Positions 38,364 through 47,584 of a DNA stretch of 64,000 nucleotides are shown in pieces (position 1 is the first letter of the stretch; every line of letters starts with the position of its first letter). A program made the position numbers and the translations under genes. The notes under the pieces are model-generated. The model worked only from the letters and a program-made list of their open reading frames with translations. It was not told the origin of the DNA and made no database searches. The stretch is from an uncultured Pseudomonadota bacterium (GTDB lineage: Bacteria; SAR324; NAC60-12), in the NCBI GenBank assembly GCA_913020725.1, contig CAJWCD010000002.1:4217-68216 (forward strand), written 5' to 3'.

Positions 38364-40304
38364 ATGAGCGAGACCTTCTACGTCACCACCCCGATTTACT
38401 ACGTCAACAGCCACCCGCACATTGGGCACGCCTACACGACGATTGCCGCCGATGTGTTCACGCGCTACCGGCGGCTTTTTGGCGAAGAGGCGTATTTCCT
38501 GACGGGGACGGACGAACACGGGCAGAAGATTGCGGAATCGGCGGCGCAAGCCGAGATTGATCCGCAGGAGTTCGTGGACCGGATGGCGGGCGAGTTCCGG
38601 GACATGTGGCCCTCCCTGCACATTGCACACGATCAGTTCATCCGCACGACCGATCCGGAACACAAATCCGCAGTGCAGGCGGTGCTTCAGAGAATCCATG
38701 ACCAGGGCGAAATCTACCTCAAGGAGTACGAAGGGCTGTACTGCGTCGGTTGCGAACGTTTTCTTGATGAATCGGAACTGACGCCGGAAGGCGATTGTCC
38801 GGATCACCAGAAGCCACCTCAGCCGCACAAGGAGCAGAACTACTTCTTCCGGATGAGCGCCTATCAGGCTTGGCTGGTGCAGTTGCTGGAAAACAATCCC
38901 GAACTGGTGTACCCCGGACGCTACCGCAACGAACTGCTGCGCTTCTTGGAAGCTCCCCTGCAAGACCTCTGCATTTCACGTCCGAAAAGCCGCTTGAGTT
39001 GGGGAATCGAACTGCCCTTCGACAAGGAGTTTGTCACCTACGTCTGGTTCGATGCGTTGCTCAACTACCCCAACGCCCTTGGCTGGCCGGATGCCCCGCG
39101 CTACCAAAAATTCTGGCCGCACTGCCACCACATCATCGGCAAGGACATTCTCAAGACGCACGGCATCTATTGGCCGTGCATGCTCAAAGCGGCGGGGATT
39201 CCCGTGTTTCAAAAACTGGTGGTTCATGGACACTGGGTGATCGGCGGCAGCAAGATGAGCAAGTCGCTCGGCAATGTTGTCAATCCACTGGACATGAAGG
39301 ATCGCCTCGGTGTGGATGCGCTGCGCTACTTCCTGCTCCGCGAAATGAGCTTTGGGGAGGACGCGAACTTCACGGAAGCCCTCGCGCTCGCTCGCTACAA
39401 CGGAGACCTCGCCAACAACCTCGGCAACCTCATCAGCCGCTCAATCACGCTCGCTCGCAAGAATTTTGACGGACAGGTGCCCCCGTGTGGAGAATTAGCC
39501 GAGTTGGAAACCAACTTGCGGCATGAGTTCACAGCAGGCGTGGGGCGCGTCCGGGAATTGGTGTGTGCCTTCCAACCGCATCGGGCGCTTGAGTTGGTGA
39601 CACAACTCAGCAGCGCGGTCAACAAGTACATTGACGAACACAAGCCGTGGAAGTTGGCGAAGGAACCAGAACAGTGTGAACTCCTCGGAACCGTGCTGTA
39701 CTCCGCGCTGGATTCCGCCCGCATCCTCGTGGGGTTGCTCCAGCCAGTGATGCCGGAGAAGATGGCAGAGGCGCAGCGACTGCTTGGCCTGCCTGTGCAA
39801 CCGCTTGCGTTTGACCAGCTTGTCCCCGGAACGCTGGAGTCGGGAACTCCACTTCCGGAGCCAACTCCGCTCTTTCCCAAGTTGCAGTCGGCTCCGGCGG
39901 AATCCACGCCCAAGCCGACCAAAAAACAGCAGTCCGCAGTGGCTCCGAAACCAAAGGCGGACGAATCAAATTCCGGAAACGAAATCGGCATCGACACCTT
40001 CCAGCAGATTGAACTGAAGGTCGGAATCGTCCGGGAGTGCCGACGCATGGAAAAATCGGACAAGCTGCTGGTCTCGCAGATTGATCTCGGCGAGGGTCGG
40101 TTGCGCAGCATCGTCTCCGGAGTGGCGGAGTTCTACACACCGGAACAGATGGTCGGCAAGCGCGTTGTGGTCGTGGCGAACCTCAAACCCGTGAAGCTGC
40201 GCGGCGAGCTTTCGGAAGGCATGGTGCTCGCATCGGACGATGGCACGACAATCACTGTGGTGGAGGCACCCCAAGCAGCGGCTCCGGGCACGGTGGTGCG
40301 CTAG
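38364..40304 (+). CDS. metG: Methionine--tRNA ligase with C-terminal tRNA-binding (Trbp111-like) domain
   Basis: HIGH motif (PIYYVNSHPHIGHAYT), zinc knuckle CxxC...CPDH, KMSKS, and C-terminal ...VGKRVVVVANLKPVKLRGELSEGMVLA. Confidence 0.95.
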   Translation: MSETFYVTTPIYYVNSHPHIGHAYTTIAADVFTRYRRLFGEEAYFLTGTDEHGQKIAESAAQAEIDPQEFVDRMAGEFRDMWPSLHIAHDQFIRTTDPEHKSAVQAVLQRIHDQGEIYLKEYEGLYCVGCERFLDESELTPEGDCPDHQKPPQPHKEQNYFFRMSAYQAWLVQLLENNPELVYPGRYRNELLRFLEAPLQDLCISRPKSRLSWGIELPFDKEFVTYVWFDALLNYPNALGWPDAPRYQKFWPHCHHIIGKDILKTHGIYWPCMLKAAGIPVFQKLVVHGHWVIGGSKMSKSLGNVVNPLDMKDRLGVDALRYFLLREMSFGEDANFTEALALARYNGDLANNLGNLISRSITLARKNFDGQVPPCGELAELETNLRHEFTAGVGRVRELVCAFQPHRALELVTQLSSAVNKYIDEHKPWKLAKEPEQCELLGTVLYSALDSARILVGLLQPVMPEKMAEAQRLLGLPVQPLAFDQLVPGTLESGTPLPEPTPLFPKLQSAPAESTPKPTKKQQSAVAPKPKADESNSGNEIGIDTFQQIELKVGIVRECRRMEKSDKLLVSQIDLGEGRLRSIVSGVAEFYTPEQMVGKRVVVVANLKPVKLRGELSEGMVLASDDGTTITVVEAPQAAAPGTVVR

Positions 40305-40312
40305 AAATTCAA

Positions 40313-40341
40313 TTGACAATCGCAGGGTCTGGTGAAATACT
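40313..40341 (+). promoter_or_regulatory. Candidate sigma-70 promoter upstream of nuoA (TTGACA-17 nt-AATACT)
   Basis: Perfect -35 hexamer TTGACA 17 nt upstream of an A/T-rich -10-like hexamer, in the metG-nuoA intergenic region. Confidence 0.3.
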
Positions 40342-40387
40342 GCGAAGACTTTAATTGGATCCGTCTGTCCATCTCAAAAAACGTTGC

Positions 40388-40750
40388 ATGACCATCACTA
40401 ACGATTATCTCCCCATCCTGATCCTGATTCTTGTGGGTGCAGGCCTTGCGGGGATGTTCACCATCATTGGTTTGGTGGTCGGCCCCAAGCTGCGTACCCG
40501 TGAGAAGGCGGCCCCATTCGAGTCCGGCTTCATCGGCAAAGGCATGGAGGGCCATCGCTACGACGTCAAGTTCTTCATGACTGCGTTGGTCTTTTTGGTT
40601 TTTGACGTGGAGATTGTCTTTCTCTACCCGTGGACGGTGCAACTCCGTGAGTTGGGCTGGTTCGGGTTCATCGCGAGCATGGTGTTCATTTCGGTGCTGA
40701 CGCTTGGGTTGGTTTACGATTGGAAGAAAGGTGCACTCGAATGGGAGTGA
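40388..40750 (+). CDS. nuoA: NADH-quinone oxidoreductase subunit A
   Basis: Three TM helices and the conserved ...FESGF...RYDVKFF..AL.FLVFDVE..FLYPW motif. Start taken at ATG 40388 (tracked ORF from 40355). Confidence 0.88.
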   Translation: MTITNDYLPILILILVGAGLAGMFTIIGLVVGPKLRTREKAAPFESGFIGKGMEGHRYDVKFFMTALVFLVFDVEIVFLYPWTVQLRELGWFGFIASMVFISVLTLGLVYDWKKGALEWE

Positions 40751-40775
40751 CGAAACAACGATATTAGGAGACGAT

Positions 40776-41480
40776 ATGGCTGCGGCAAACTACGGAGATT
40801 TTCTGACCACCACCTTCGACAACGTGGTGAACTGGTCGCGAAAATTCTCGCTGTTCCAGTACCCCTTTGTGACGGCGTGTTGCGGGATGGAGTACATGGC
40901 GGCAGCGTGTTCGCATTATGATATTGCACGCTTCGGTGCAGAAATCCCACGCTTTTCGCCAAGGCAGTCGGATGTCCTCTGGGTGGTCGGCACGATCACG
41001 CACAAGATGGCTCCGGTGCTGAAGACGATCTACGACCAGATGGCCGAGCCGAAGTGGGTGATAGCCTTTGGCGCCTGTGCGTCATCCGGGGGTTTTTACC
41101 AGAACTACTCGGTGCTTCAGGGCATTGATCGCCTGATTCCGGTCGATGTGTACATCGCCGGCTGCCCCCCGCGTCCGGAAGCCGTGCTTGACGGTCTGAT
41201 GGAGTTGCAGCATCGCATCCAGAACGATGGGCCGACCGTCGAGAGCGGGATGCTCAACCCGTCCATGGCGCGGCACCGCGAGCAGAAACTCGACCACCTC
41301 AGTCGCTACTTCGAGATCCCGGACAAGCAACTGTTGGAAAACACTCAGAATCCCAAAAGCAACCGCAGCACCAAACCCGGCTATGTGTATTCCGATGAAA
41401 ACGTGGTCGTGCGCCCGCACATGGGTTACGACTCGCCTGCTGACCAGCGCAAGAAAGAGGCACTCCGCGAAGAGTCCTGA
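40776..41480 (+). CDS. nuoB: NADH-quinone oxidoreductase subunit B (N2 Fe-S), with ~80-aa C-terminal extension
   Basis: [17 protein letters not shown] and [11 protein letters not shown] cluster ligand motifs. The extra C-terminal tail ...[37 protein letters not shown] is not typical of NuoB. Confidence 0.9.
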   Translation: MAAANYGDFLTTTFDNVVNWSRKFSLFQYPFVTACCGMEYMAAACSHYDIARFGAEIPRFSPRQSDVLWVVGTITHKMAPVLKTIYDQMAEPKWVIAFGACASSGGFYQNYSVLQGIDRLIPVDVYIAGCPPRPEAVLDGLMELQHRIQNDGPTVESGMLNPSMARHREQKLDHLSRYFEIPDKQLLENTQNPKSNRSTKPGYVYSDENVVVRPHMGYDSPADQRKKEALREES

Positions 41481-41512
41481 TCCTGCGGAAAAACTCGTCC
41501 TGACCCACGCAC

Positions 41513-42061
41513 ATGACTGAAACCACCACGGTTCCGGAGTCCGAAACTCCGAGGGCGCTCACGGCCCTGCTCCAGCAGCAGTTTCCGGACACGCTCATTG
41601 ATTTCCACAATCACCGCGGCGATGAAACGGTCCGGGTCAAGCGCGAGGCGATTGTGTCCGTCTGCCAGTTCTTGCGCGATGATCCCCGTTGCAAGTTCGA
41701 ATTGATGGTTGACCTGACCGCAGTGGATTATTTTGAACAACACCGCGAACCGCGCTTTGAGATGGTGTATCACTTCAAATCGCTCACCCACGGACACCGC
41801 TTGCGTGTCAAGACTCCGGTTCCGGAGGACGATTGCCGGGTGGATTCGATCCACGAACTTTGGGAAGCGGTCAACTGGTATGAGCGTGAGTGCTGGGACA
41901 TGTTCGGCATCGAGTTCACGGGGCATCCGAACCTCACGCGCCTGCTCATGTACGAGCAGTTCGAAGGGCATCCCCTGCGTAAAGACTACCCCATGGATCG
42001 CCAGCAACCTATTATAGAACTGCGCGAGATTGACGAACGAAATCAGTACGGAAGGGCATGA
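41513..42061 (+). CDS. nuoC: NADH-quinone oxidoreductase subunit C
   Basis: 182 aa with the 30-kDa subunit motif ...WYERECWDMFGIEFTGHPNLTRLL. Confidence 0.88.
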   Translation: MTETTTVPESETPRALTALLQQQFPDTLIDFHNHRGDETVRVKREAIVSVCQFLRDDPRCKFELMVDLTAVDYFEQHREPRFEMVYHFKSLTHGHRLRVKTPVPEDDCRVDSIHELWEAVNWYERECWDMFGIEFTGHPNLTRLLMYEQFEGHPLRKDYPMDRQQPIIELREIDERNQYGRA

Positions 42062-43287
42062 GCATGGAGAGCGCACTCGCAGAACCTCAACTTTCTAGAC
42101 TCCCCCTCGAAGCCGAAGAGGATACTTCGATCATGGCGATTGAGGTGGGGCCGGCGCATCCCGCGATGCATGGAATCGTGCGCTTCACCACCTATGTGGA
42201 TGGCGAGACAATCGTGGACATGGTTCCGGAAATCGGCTACTTGCACCGGGGCTTTGAGAAGGAATCCGAAAACTCAAAGTGGATTCAGGTCATCCCCTAC
42301 ACCGACCGCCTCAACTACGTCTCGCCTCTGCTCAACAACATCGGCTACTCGATGGCCGTGGAAAAGCTCTTCGGGGCCGAGGTGCCACGGCGGGCGGAGT
42401 ACACCCGTGTCATCATGGGAGAAATCTCCCGGATCACCGATCACCTCACCTGCGTTGGCGCGGCGGCGATGGAAGTGGGTGCGTTCACCTTCTTCCTCTG
42501 GTTCATCAAGGCCCGCGAATACCTCTGGGAACTCATCGAGCAGGTCAGCGGGGCGCGGATGACGACGAACTGGACGCGCTTCGGCGGCAACGCCACCGAC
42601 CTTCCGGACGGCTTCCTCGACGACTTGCAGGAACGGCTCGACAAGGTCAAGGACATCCTCGACGAGTGCGACAAGCTGCTCTCGAAAAACAAGATTTTCA
42701 TTGACCGCGTCAAGGACGTGGGGACGATCTCGAAGGAAGACGCGCTTTCCTTCGGGTTCTCCGGGCCAATGCTGCGTGCTTGCGGGGTGCCGTTTGACGT
42801 GCGGCGCTCCGATCCCCACTCGGTCTATGACGAACTCGATTTCGAGATTCCGGTCGGCACTGTGGGCGACTGCTTCGACCGCTACCTCGTTCGCATGGAA
42901 GAGATGCGCCAGAGCATCTCCATCATCGAGCAGGCGGCGGACAAGATGCCCTACGGCCCGATCATGACCGACCAGCGCTGGGTTGACTATCCGGACAAGA
43001 AGGAGGTGTACGGCAACATCGAGGGATTGATCGAACACTTCAAGATGGTCATGGAAGGGCACCAGCCTCCGAAAGGCGAGGCCTATGTAGCCGTCGAGGG
43101 CGGCAACGGCGAGGTCGGTTTTTATGTCGTCTCAGACGGCTCCGGAGACCCCGTGCGAGTGCGGTTGCGCCCTCCGTGCTTCAACTATGTTCAGGCCATG
43201 AGGCACATGACCATCGGCCACTACATTGCCGACATCGTGCCCATCTTCGGCTCCATCAACATGATCGGCGGGGAGTTAGATCGCTAA
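42058..43287 (+). CDS. nuoD: NADH-quinone oxidoreductase subunit D (49 kDa)
   Basis: 409 aa with GPAHPAMHGI...PEIGYLHRG...RxxYV..L motifs. Overlaps the nuoC stop. Confidence 0.93.
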   Translation: MSMESALAEPQLSRLPLEAEEDTSIMAIEVGPAHPAMHGIVRFTTYVDGETIVDMVPEIGYLHRGFEKESENSKWIQVIPYTDRLNYVSPLLNNIGYSMAVEKLFGAEVPRRAEYTRVIMGEISRITDHLTCVGAAAMEVGAFTFFLWFIKAREYLWELIEQVSGARMTTNWTRFGGNATDLPDGFLDDLQERLDKVKDILDECDKLLSKNKIFIDRVKDVGTISKEDALSFGFSGPMLRACGVPFDVRRSDPHSVYDELDFEIPVGTVGDCFDRYLVRMEEMRQSISIIEQAADKMPYGPIMTDQRWVDYPDKKEVYGNIEGLIEHFKMVMEGHQPPKGEAYVAVEGGNGEVGFYVVSDGSGDPVRVRLRPPCFNYVQAMRHMTIGHYIADIVPIFGSINMIGGELDR

Positions 43288-43312
43288 AGAATGCTCTGCC
43301 TAAACGGATTCC

Positions 43313-43489
43313 GTGGTCTTTGTTCCCCATGCAGAAAGTGAGTATCAACGACTTGTCGCTGTATTGGATAATTTGATTGATGAAGTGGGTGAAGATGAGA
43401 ATCCTCCCTTGGTTTCCTTGATGGAAGTCGTTGGAGTTCTGATCGAGAAGTATGAGGATGAGCATGTTCCAGAATTGTCAAAAATCTAG
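43313..43489 (+). pseudogene. Remnant of a HigA-family (COG5499-type) antitoxin, N-terminal domain only, truncated before the HTH
   Basis: 58-codon frame ...HAESEYQRLVAVLDNLIDEVGEDENPPLVSLMEVVGVLIEKYEDEHVPELSKI*. It matches the conserved N-terminal module of HigA-like antitoxins (I.tEaeYeaAL..i..L.da.pgt.egd.L..L..LIE.YE..HyPI). No HTH domain follows. Confidence 0.4.
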
Positions 43490-43507
43490 AAGTTGTTAAT
43501 ATCCGAG

Positions 43508-44116
43508 ATGCGAACAGACACGATCACTATCCCCGCCCGTCGCGGCAAGGCCGCACAGGTCAAAGCCGGACAAGGCGTGAAAGTGATCAACACGCATGGG
43601 GCGCAGGTGGTGGACACTTGGGCGTTCCGAGCCGATGACCTGACCGAGTTCATGTCGATGGAACACAGCCGACCCTACTTCATGAAACTGCGCCCAGAAG
43701 CGGGCGACACGCTCGTGACCAACCAGCGTCGTCCAATCCTGACTTTGATCGAGGACACCTCCGGAGGCATTCATGACACCCTGATGGCGGCGTGTGACAA
43801 CCCACGCTTTGGCTTGCTCGGCTGCACGGAGTACCATGACAACTGCACCGATAACCTCGCTGCCGGGATGCAGGAGCTTGGACTCAAAGAGCCGGAAACT
43901 CCGAGTCCGCTCAACCTTTTTATGCACATTCCGTGGACGGTGGAGGGCGGCTTGGCATGGGAAGCTCCGGTTTCGACTCCGGGAAGCTATGTGGTGCTAC
44001 GGGCGGAGATGGACTTGGTGGTCGCGTTTTCGGCGTGCCCCCAAGACATTCTGCCGATCAACGGCGTGATGCGAGCGCCCACTGAGGCACACTTTCAAAT
44101 CCTCGACAACCTGTGA
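43508..44116 (+). CDS. DUF1989 (urea-carboxylase-associated family) protein
   Basis: TITIPARRGKAAQVKAGQGVKVINTHGAQVVDTWAF..., HDTLMAACD and YHDNCTDNL match what I recall of the DUF1989 family. Inserted between nuoD and nuoH. Confidence 0.55.
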   Translation: MRTDTITIPARRGKAAQVKAGQGVKVINTHGAQVVDTWAFRADDLTEFMSMEHSRPYFMKLRPEAGDTLVTNQRRPILTLIEDTSGGIHDTLMAACDNPRFGLLGCTEYHDNCTDNLAAGMQELGLKEPETPSPLNLFMHIPWTVEGGLAWEAPVSTPGSYVVLRAEMDLVVAFSACPQDILPINGVMRAPTEAHFQILDNL

Positions 44117-44144
44117 ACCCTTTGCCGCAAGGCAGAGAACGTAA

Positions 44145-45218
44145 ATGAATCCACTGCTTGAAATCCTCTCGATTCCGCTAGTCCAGACGATCCTGAAGAT
44201 CATGTTCATGATCATGATCTTCGCCATGCCGCTCGGCACTCTGATGACGCTGATGGAGCGCAAGTGGAGCGCCATGGTGCAAGATCGGGTAGGACCGAAC
44301 CGGGCGAACGTTGGGAACTTCCGGGGGCGCGGACTCGCTCATATTGCGGCGGACGCACTCAAGTCCATCTTCAAGGAAGACACGATACCGGAAGGCTCAG
44401 ATCGCTTCCTCTACTTGATCGCACCCTTCTTCGGATTGATCGCCGGGGTTTCGGTTTTTGCGATTGTGCCCATCGCCGCACCGATTGGAAACTTCACCTT
44501 TCAGATCACGGATATTGAACCCGGATTGCTCTTCATCTTCGCCATCACCTCCCTGAGCGTCTATGGCGCGGTCCTCGCCGGAGCCAGTTCCAACAGCAAG
44601 TTCGCCTTACTCGGCGGCATCCGAGCCTCAGCGCAGATGATCTCCTATGAAGTCTTCATGGGTCTCGCGCTCATGGGCATCTTCATGGTCTATGGCTCCA
44701 CCCGCGTCAGCGAAATCGTGGACGGCCAGAACGCCTACTGGTTTGGAAGCTTGATTCCAAAATGGGGAATCCTAACCCAACCGCTCGGCTTCCTACTCTT
44801 CACCACGGCTTTGGTCGCAGAAACCAAGCGGGCGCCGTTTGACGCTCCGGAAGGCGAATCCGAAATTGTCGCGGGCTACTTTTTAGAGTATTCTGGAATG
44901 CGCTGGTCGGCGTTCATGCTTGCCGAGTACCTTGCCATCGTCGGAGTTGCTGCACTTCTCACCACGCTCTTCTTCGGCGGCTACCATGTCCCGTGGCTCC
45001 ACCTTTGGGAGAGTGCTCCGGTCTGGTTGGTGCGAGTGCTTCAGTTCACCAAGTTCACCGCGTTTGTGCTCTTCTGTTGCTGGTTCCAGATTCAACTGCG
45101 CTGGACGGTGCCGAAATTCCGCTTCGACCAAACGATGGCCCTCGGCTGGAAAAAACTGCTACCGCTTTCGTTGGCGAACACCGTGGCCACAGCGGCCATC
45201 ATCCTGATTTTTGTCTGA
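44145..45218 (+). CDS. nuoH: NADH-quinone oxidoreductase subunit H
   Basis: 357 aa polytopic protein with ...MERKWSAMVQDRVGPNR... and ...AETKRAPFDAPEGESEIVAGY... motifs. Confidence 0.92.
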   Translation: MNPLLEILSIPLVQTILKIMFMIMIFAMPLGTLMTLMERKWSAMVQDRVGPNRANVGNFRGRGLAHIAADALKSIFKEDTIPEGSDRFLYLIAPFFGLIAGVSVFAIVPIAAPIGNFTFQITDIEPGLLFIFAITSLSVYGAVLAGASSNSKFALLGGIRASAQMISYEVFMGLALMGIFMVYGSTRVSEIVDGQNAYWFGSLIPKWGILTQPLGFLLFTTALVAETKRAPFDAPEGESEIVAGYFLEYSGMRWSAFMLAEYLAIVGVAALLTTLFFGGYHVPWLHLWESAPVWLVRVLQFTKFTAFVLFCCWFQIQLRWTVPKFRFDQTMALGWKKLLPLSLANTVATAAIILIFV

Positions 45219-45226
45219 GAAAATTT

Positions 45227-45805
45227 ATGGAACTGAAAGTCAAACAGATGCAACGGGTGGACGGATTCAAGGAATCCCTCTACCTGCCCGCGCTCTTCAT
45301 GGGATTCCGCCTGACCGTCCGCCACTTCTTCCGCAACCTTTTTGGGTCAAAGGATGTGGTCACGGTGCAGTATCCGGAAGAGCATCGCCCGGTTTCGGTG
45401 CGCTGGCGTGGACGGCATCGGCTCACACGCCGGGAAGACGGCTTCCTCAAATGTGTAGCCTGCTACATGTGCGAAACGGTGTGTCCGGCAAAGTGCATCC
45501 ACATTGACGCGGGAGATCATCCGGACCTCTCGGTGGAGAAATACCCCGTACACTTCGACATTGATGAACTGCGTTGCGTCTTCTGCGGACTCTGCGTGGA
45601 GGCGTGTCCGAAGGAGGCGATTCGGATGGACACCGGTGTGATCTCGATGGCCTTTACATCGCGGAACCCCTTCGATTTTACCCGTGATTTGCTCAAGGAT
45701 GAGTACCAACCCAATGAGGTGACCAAATTCTCGGACGCGGACCTCCCGCAGCCCAAATCCCAAGCAGAGGCGCTTCCTAATTCGGTTGGTCTTCCTGCGG
45801 CATAA
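45227..45805 (+). CDS. nuoI: NADH-quinone oxidoreductase subunit I (2x[4Fe-4S] ferredoxin), with ~50-aa C-terminal extension
   Basis: Two CxxCxxCxxxCP motifs (CVACYMCETVCP, CVFCGLCVEACP). Start set at ATG 45227; the tracked ORF from 44993 overlaps nuoH. Confidence 0.9.
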   Translation: MELKVKQMQRVDGFKESLYLPALFMGFRLTVRHFFRNLFGSKDVVTVQYPEEHRPVSVRWRGRHRLTRREDGFLKCVACYMCETVCPAKCIHIDAGDHPDLSVEKYPVHFDIDELRCVFCGLCVEACPKEAIRMDTGVISMAFTSRNPFDFTRDLLKDEYQPNEVTKFSDADLPQPKSQAEALPNSVGLPAA

Positions 45806-45853
45806 TTCGACAGCGGGGCCAAGCATCCGCTCCCGCTCTCCCAAGTTTTCCTA

Positions 45854-47482
45854 TTGACTGGCGAGTCCTTCACTCCGTACGAACAAGCGCGGCTTGCGCC
45901 TTACGTCACCAACACGGACCGCTCCATCTTTGCGCTCACGAACCTCCCAGAGGTGATCAAGGGTGCCCTCTTTTCACGCTACTCCCGTTCCACGCTGGGG
46001 CTGCGGCGTCTCCTGCTCCGGGAATTCATTGACGACGATGCGGCTGAATTCTCCGCAATCCAAGGTGGCATAGGAAACATCGCACAAGACACTGCGCTGG
46101 CGGTTGGACGTGCGCAGTCGTTCTACGACCGCATCCTCGACGGCTACGGGGACGACTCCATTGGCGAACTCGGCGGGGCGCATCTTGCGGTGGAGGAAGT
46201 CTCGATTCTGGCCACCAAAACACTGGAAGACGCTCGCATCGGCGGTTCACCGCTGGAGAAATCGACGCGCTACGTTTCCTTCGGGCAGAAAGTTGCGGGC
46301 GATTACCGTTTCTACAAAGAGCCGCGACTGCTCGACTCCCGACACCGCGAACGCTACCTGAACGCCTGCCGGACGCTGTTTGACACCTACGATCAACTCA
46401 ACGAACCGATCCGCGAGTACGTCCGCAGCCGCTTGCCCCGTGATCCAAACACCCCGGAGGCCGCTTACGAACGTTCCGTCCGCGCCTTGGGCTTTGACTT
46501 CATCCGGGGGCTGTTGCCCGCTGCGACCCTCACGAACATGGGGGTGTTCGGCAATGGGCGCTTCTTTGAAAGCCTCATCTCCCGGCTCCACATTGAACCT
46601 CTCCAGGAATTTCAGGACATCGCCCAAGCTTCTTGGGAAGAGTTGGCAAAGGTGGCCCCGTCCTTCATCCGTCGTGCCCATCCGGATCATCGGCACTTTC
46701 AAGGCTACGCCGCATTCATGGAAGCTCAACGGCAAAAAATTCAGTCGGTTGCCGAGCAGCTTGAACAGGGAAGTGCAGAGCCGCTTTCTCTCCCTGCCGG
46801 AACCTCCGGGGAGGTGCGTTTGGTGGAATGGGACGCTGACGCCGAGATCAAACTGCTGGCGGCCTTGCTGTACGAACACACGGCGTTGCCGCTCCAGCAG
46901 GTGCAGGAGCAGGTTCGGCAACTGCCCGATGCCGAGCGCGAACGCATTGTCCGGGAAAGCATCGCCCTGCGCGAACACCGACGACACAAGCCGCCACGGG
47001 CACTGGAGCGTGTGTTCTACACCTTCGATTTGTTGGGCGATTATGGCATGTACCGCGACTTGCATCGTCACCGGATGCTCACGCAATGGCGGCAACCGCT
47101 GACCACGCGGTTCGGTTACAACACCCCTGTGGAACTGGAAGACGCCGGACTCGCCCAGCCCTACCACGCTGCAATGGCACAGGCGGCAGCAACATTTGAA
47201 GCAATTGCGGTGGACTATCCGCACGAAGCCCAATATGTCGTGCCGATGGCCTACCGCATCCGCTGGGCGATGCATATCAATCTGCGAGCGTTGCTGTGGC
47301 TTGTTGAATTGCGCAGCACACCGCAAGGTCATCCCGGCTACCGCCACATCGCGCAGGAACTCTTCCGGGAGGTAAAACGCGTACAACCTCGGTTGGCCGA
47401 GTGGATGAAGTTTGTTGACCTTGGCAACTACGCCTTGGGTCGCCTTGATGCCGAAGTCCGGCAGGAATCCAAGTCACCGTGA
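45854..47482 (+). CDS. Long-form ThyX-like protein (FAD-dependent thymidylate synthase family fold, apparently duplicated, non-canonical motifs)
   Basis: 542 aa, TTG start. The second half has ThyX-like ...LHRHRMLTQWRQPLTTRFGYN (compare RHRx7SxRY) and ...WAMHINLRALLWLVELRSTPQGHPGYRHIAQ (compare the NaRSLmnFlnLR..hAqwEI motif). The first half has a ThyX-like N-terminus and a compressed SRHRERY. Confidence 0.55.
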   Translation: MTGESFTPYEQARLAPYVTNTDRSIFALTNLPEVIKGALFSRYSRSTLGLRRLLLREFIDDDAAEFSAIQGGIGNIAQDTALAVGRAQSFYDRILDGYGDDSIGELGGAHLAVEEVSILATKTLEDARIGGSPLEKSTRYVSFGQKVAGDYRFYKEPRLLDSRHRERYLNACRTLFDTYDQLNEPIREYVRSRLPRDPNTPEAAYERSVRALGFDFIRGLLPAATLTNMGVFGNGRFFESLISRLHIEPLQEFQDIAQASWEELAKVAPSFIRRAHPDHRHFQGYAAFMEAQRQKIQSVAEQLEQGSAEPLSLPAGTSGEVRLVEWDADAEIKLLAALLYEHTALPLQQVQEQVRQLPDAERERIVRESIALREHRRHKPPRALERVFYTFDLLGDYGMYRDLHRHRMLTQWRQPLTTRFGYNTPVELEDAGLAQPYHAAMAQAAATFEAIAVDYPHEAQYVVPMAYRIRWAMHINLRALLWLVELRSTPQGHPGYRHIAQELFREVKRVQPRLAEWMKFVDLGNYALGRLDAEVRQESKSP

Positions 47483-47584
47483 GTCCGGAAGCCGCTTTCC
47501 CGAGTTGCCTTTCTCGTCGGTTGTTGGTTATGTTAGTAATTTGTTGCTGCCTCCCGTGGTGGAACACGCACCCACAAACAGAGC

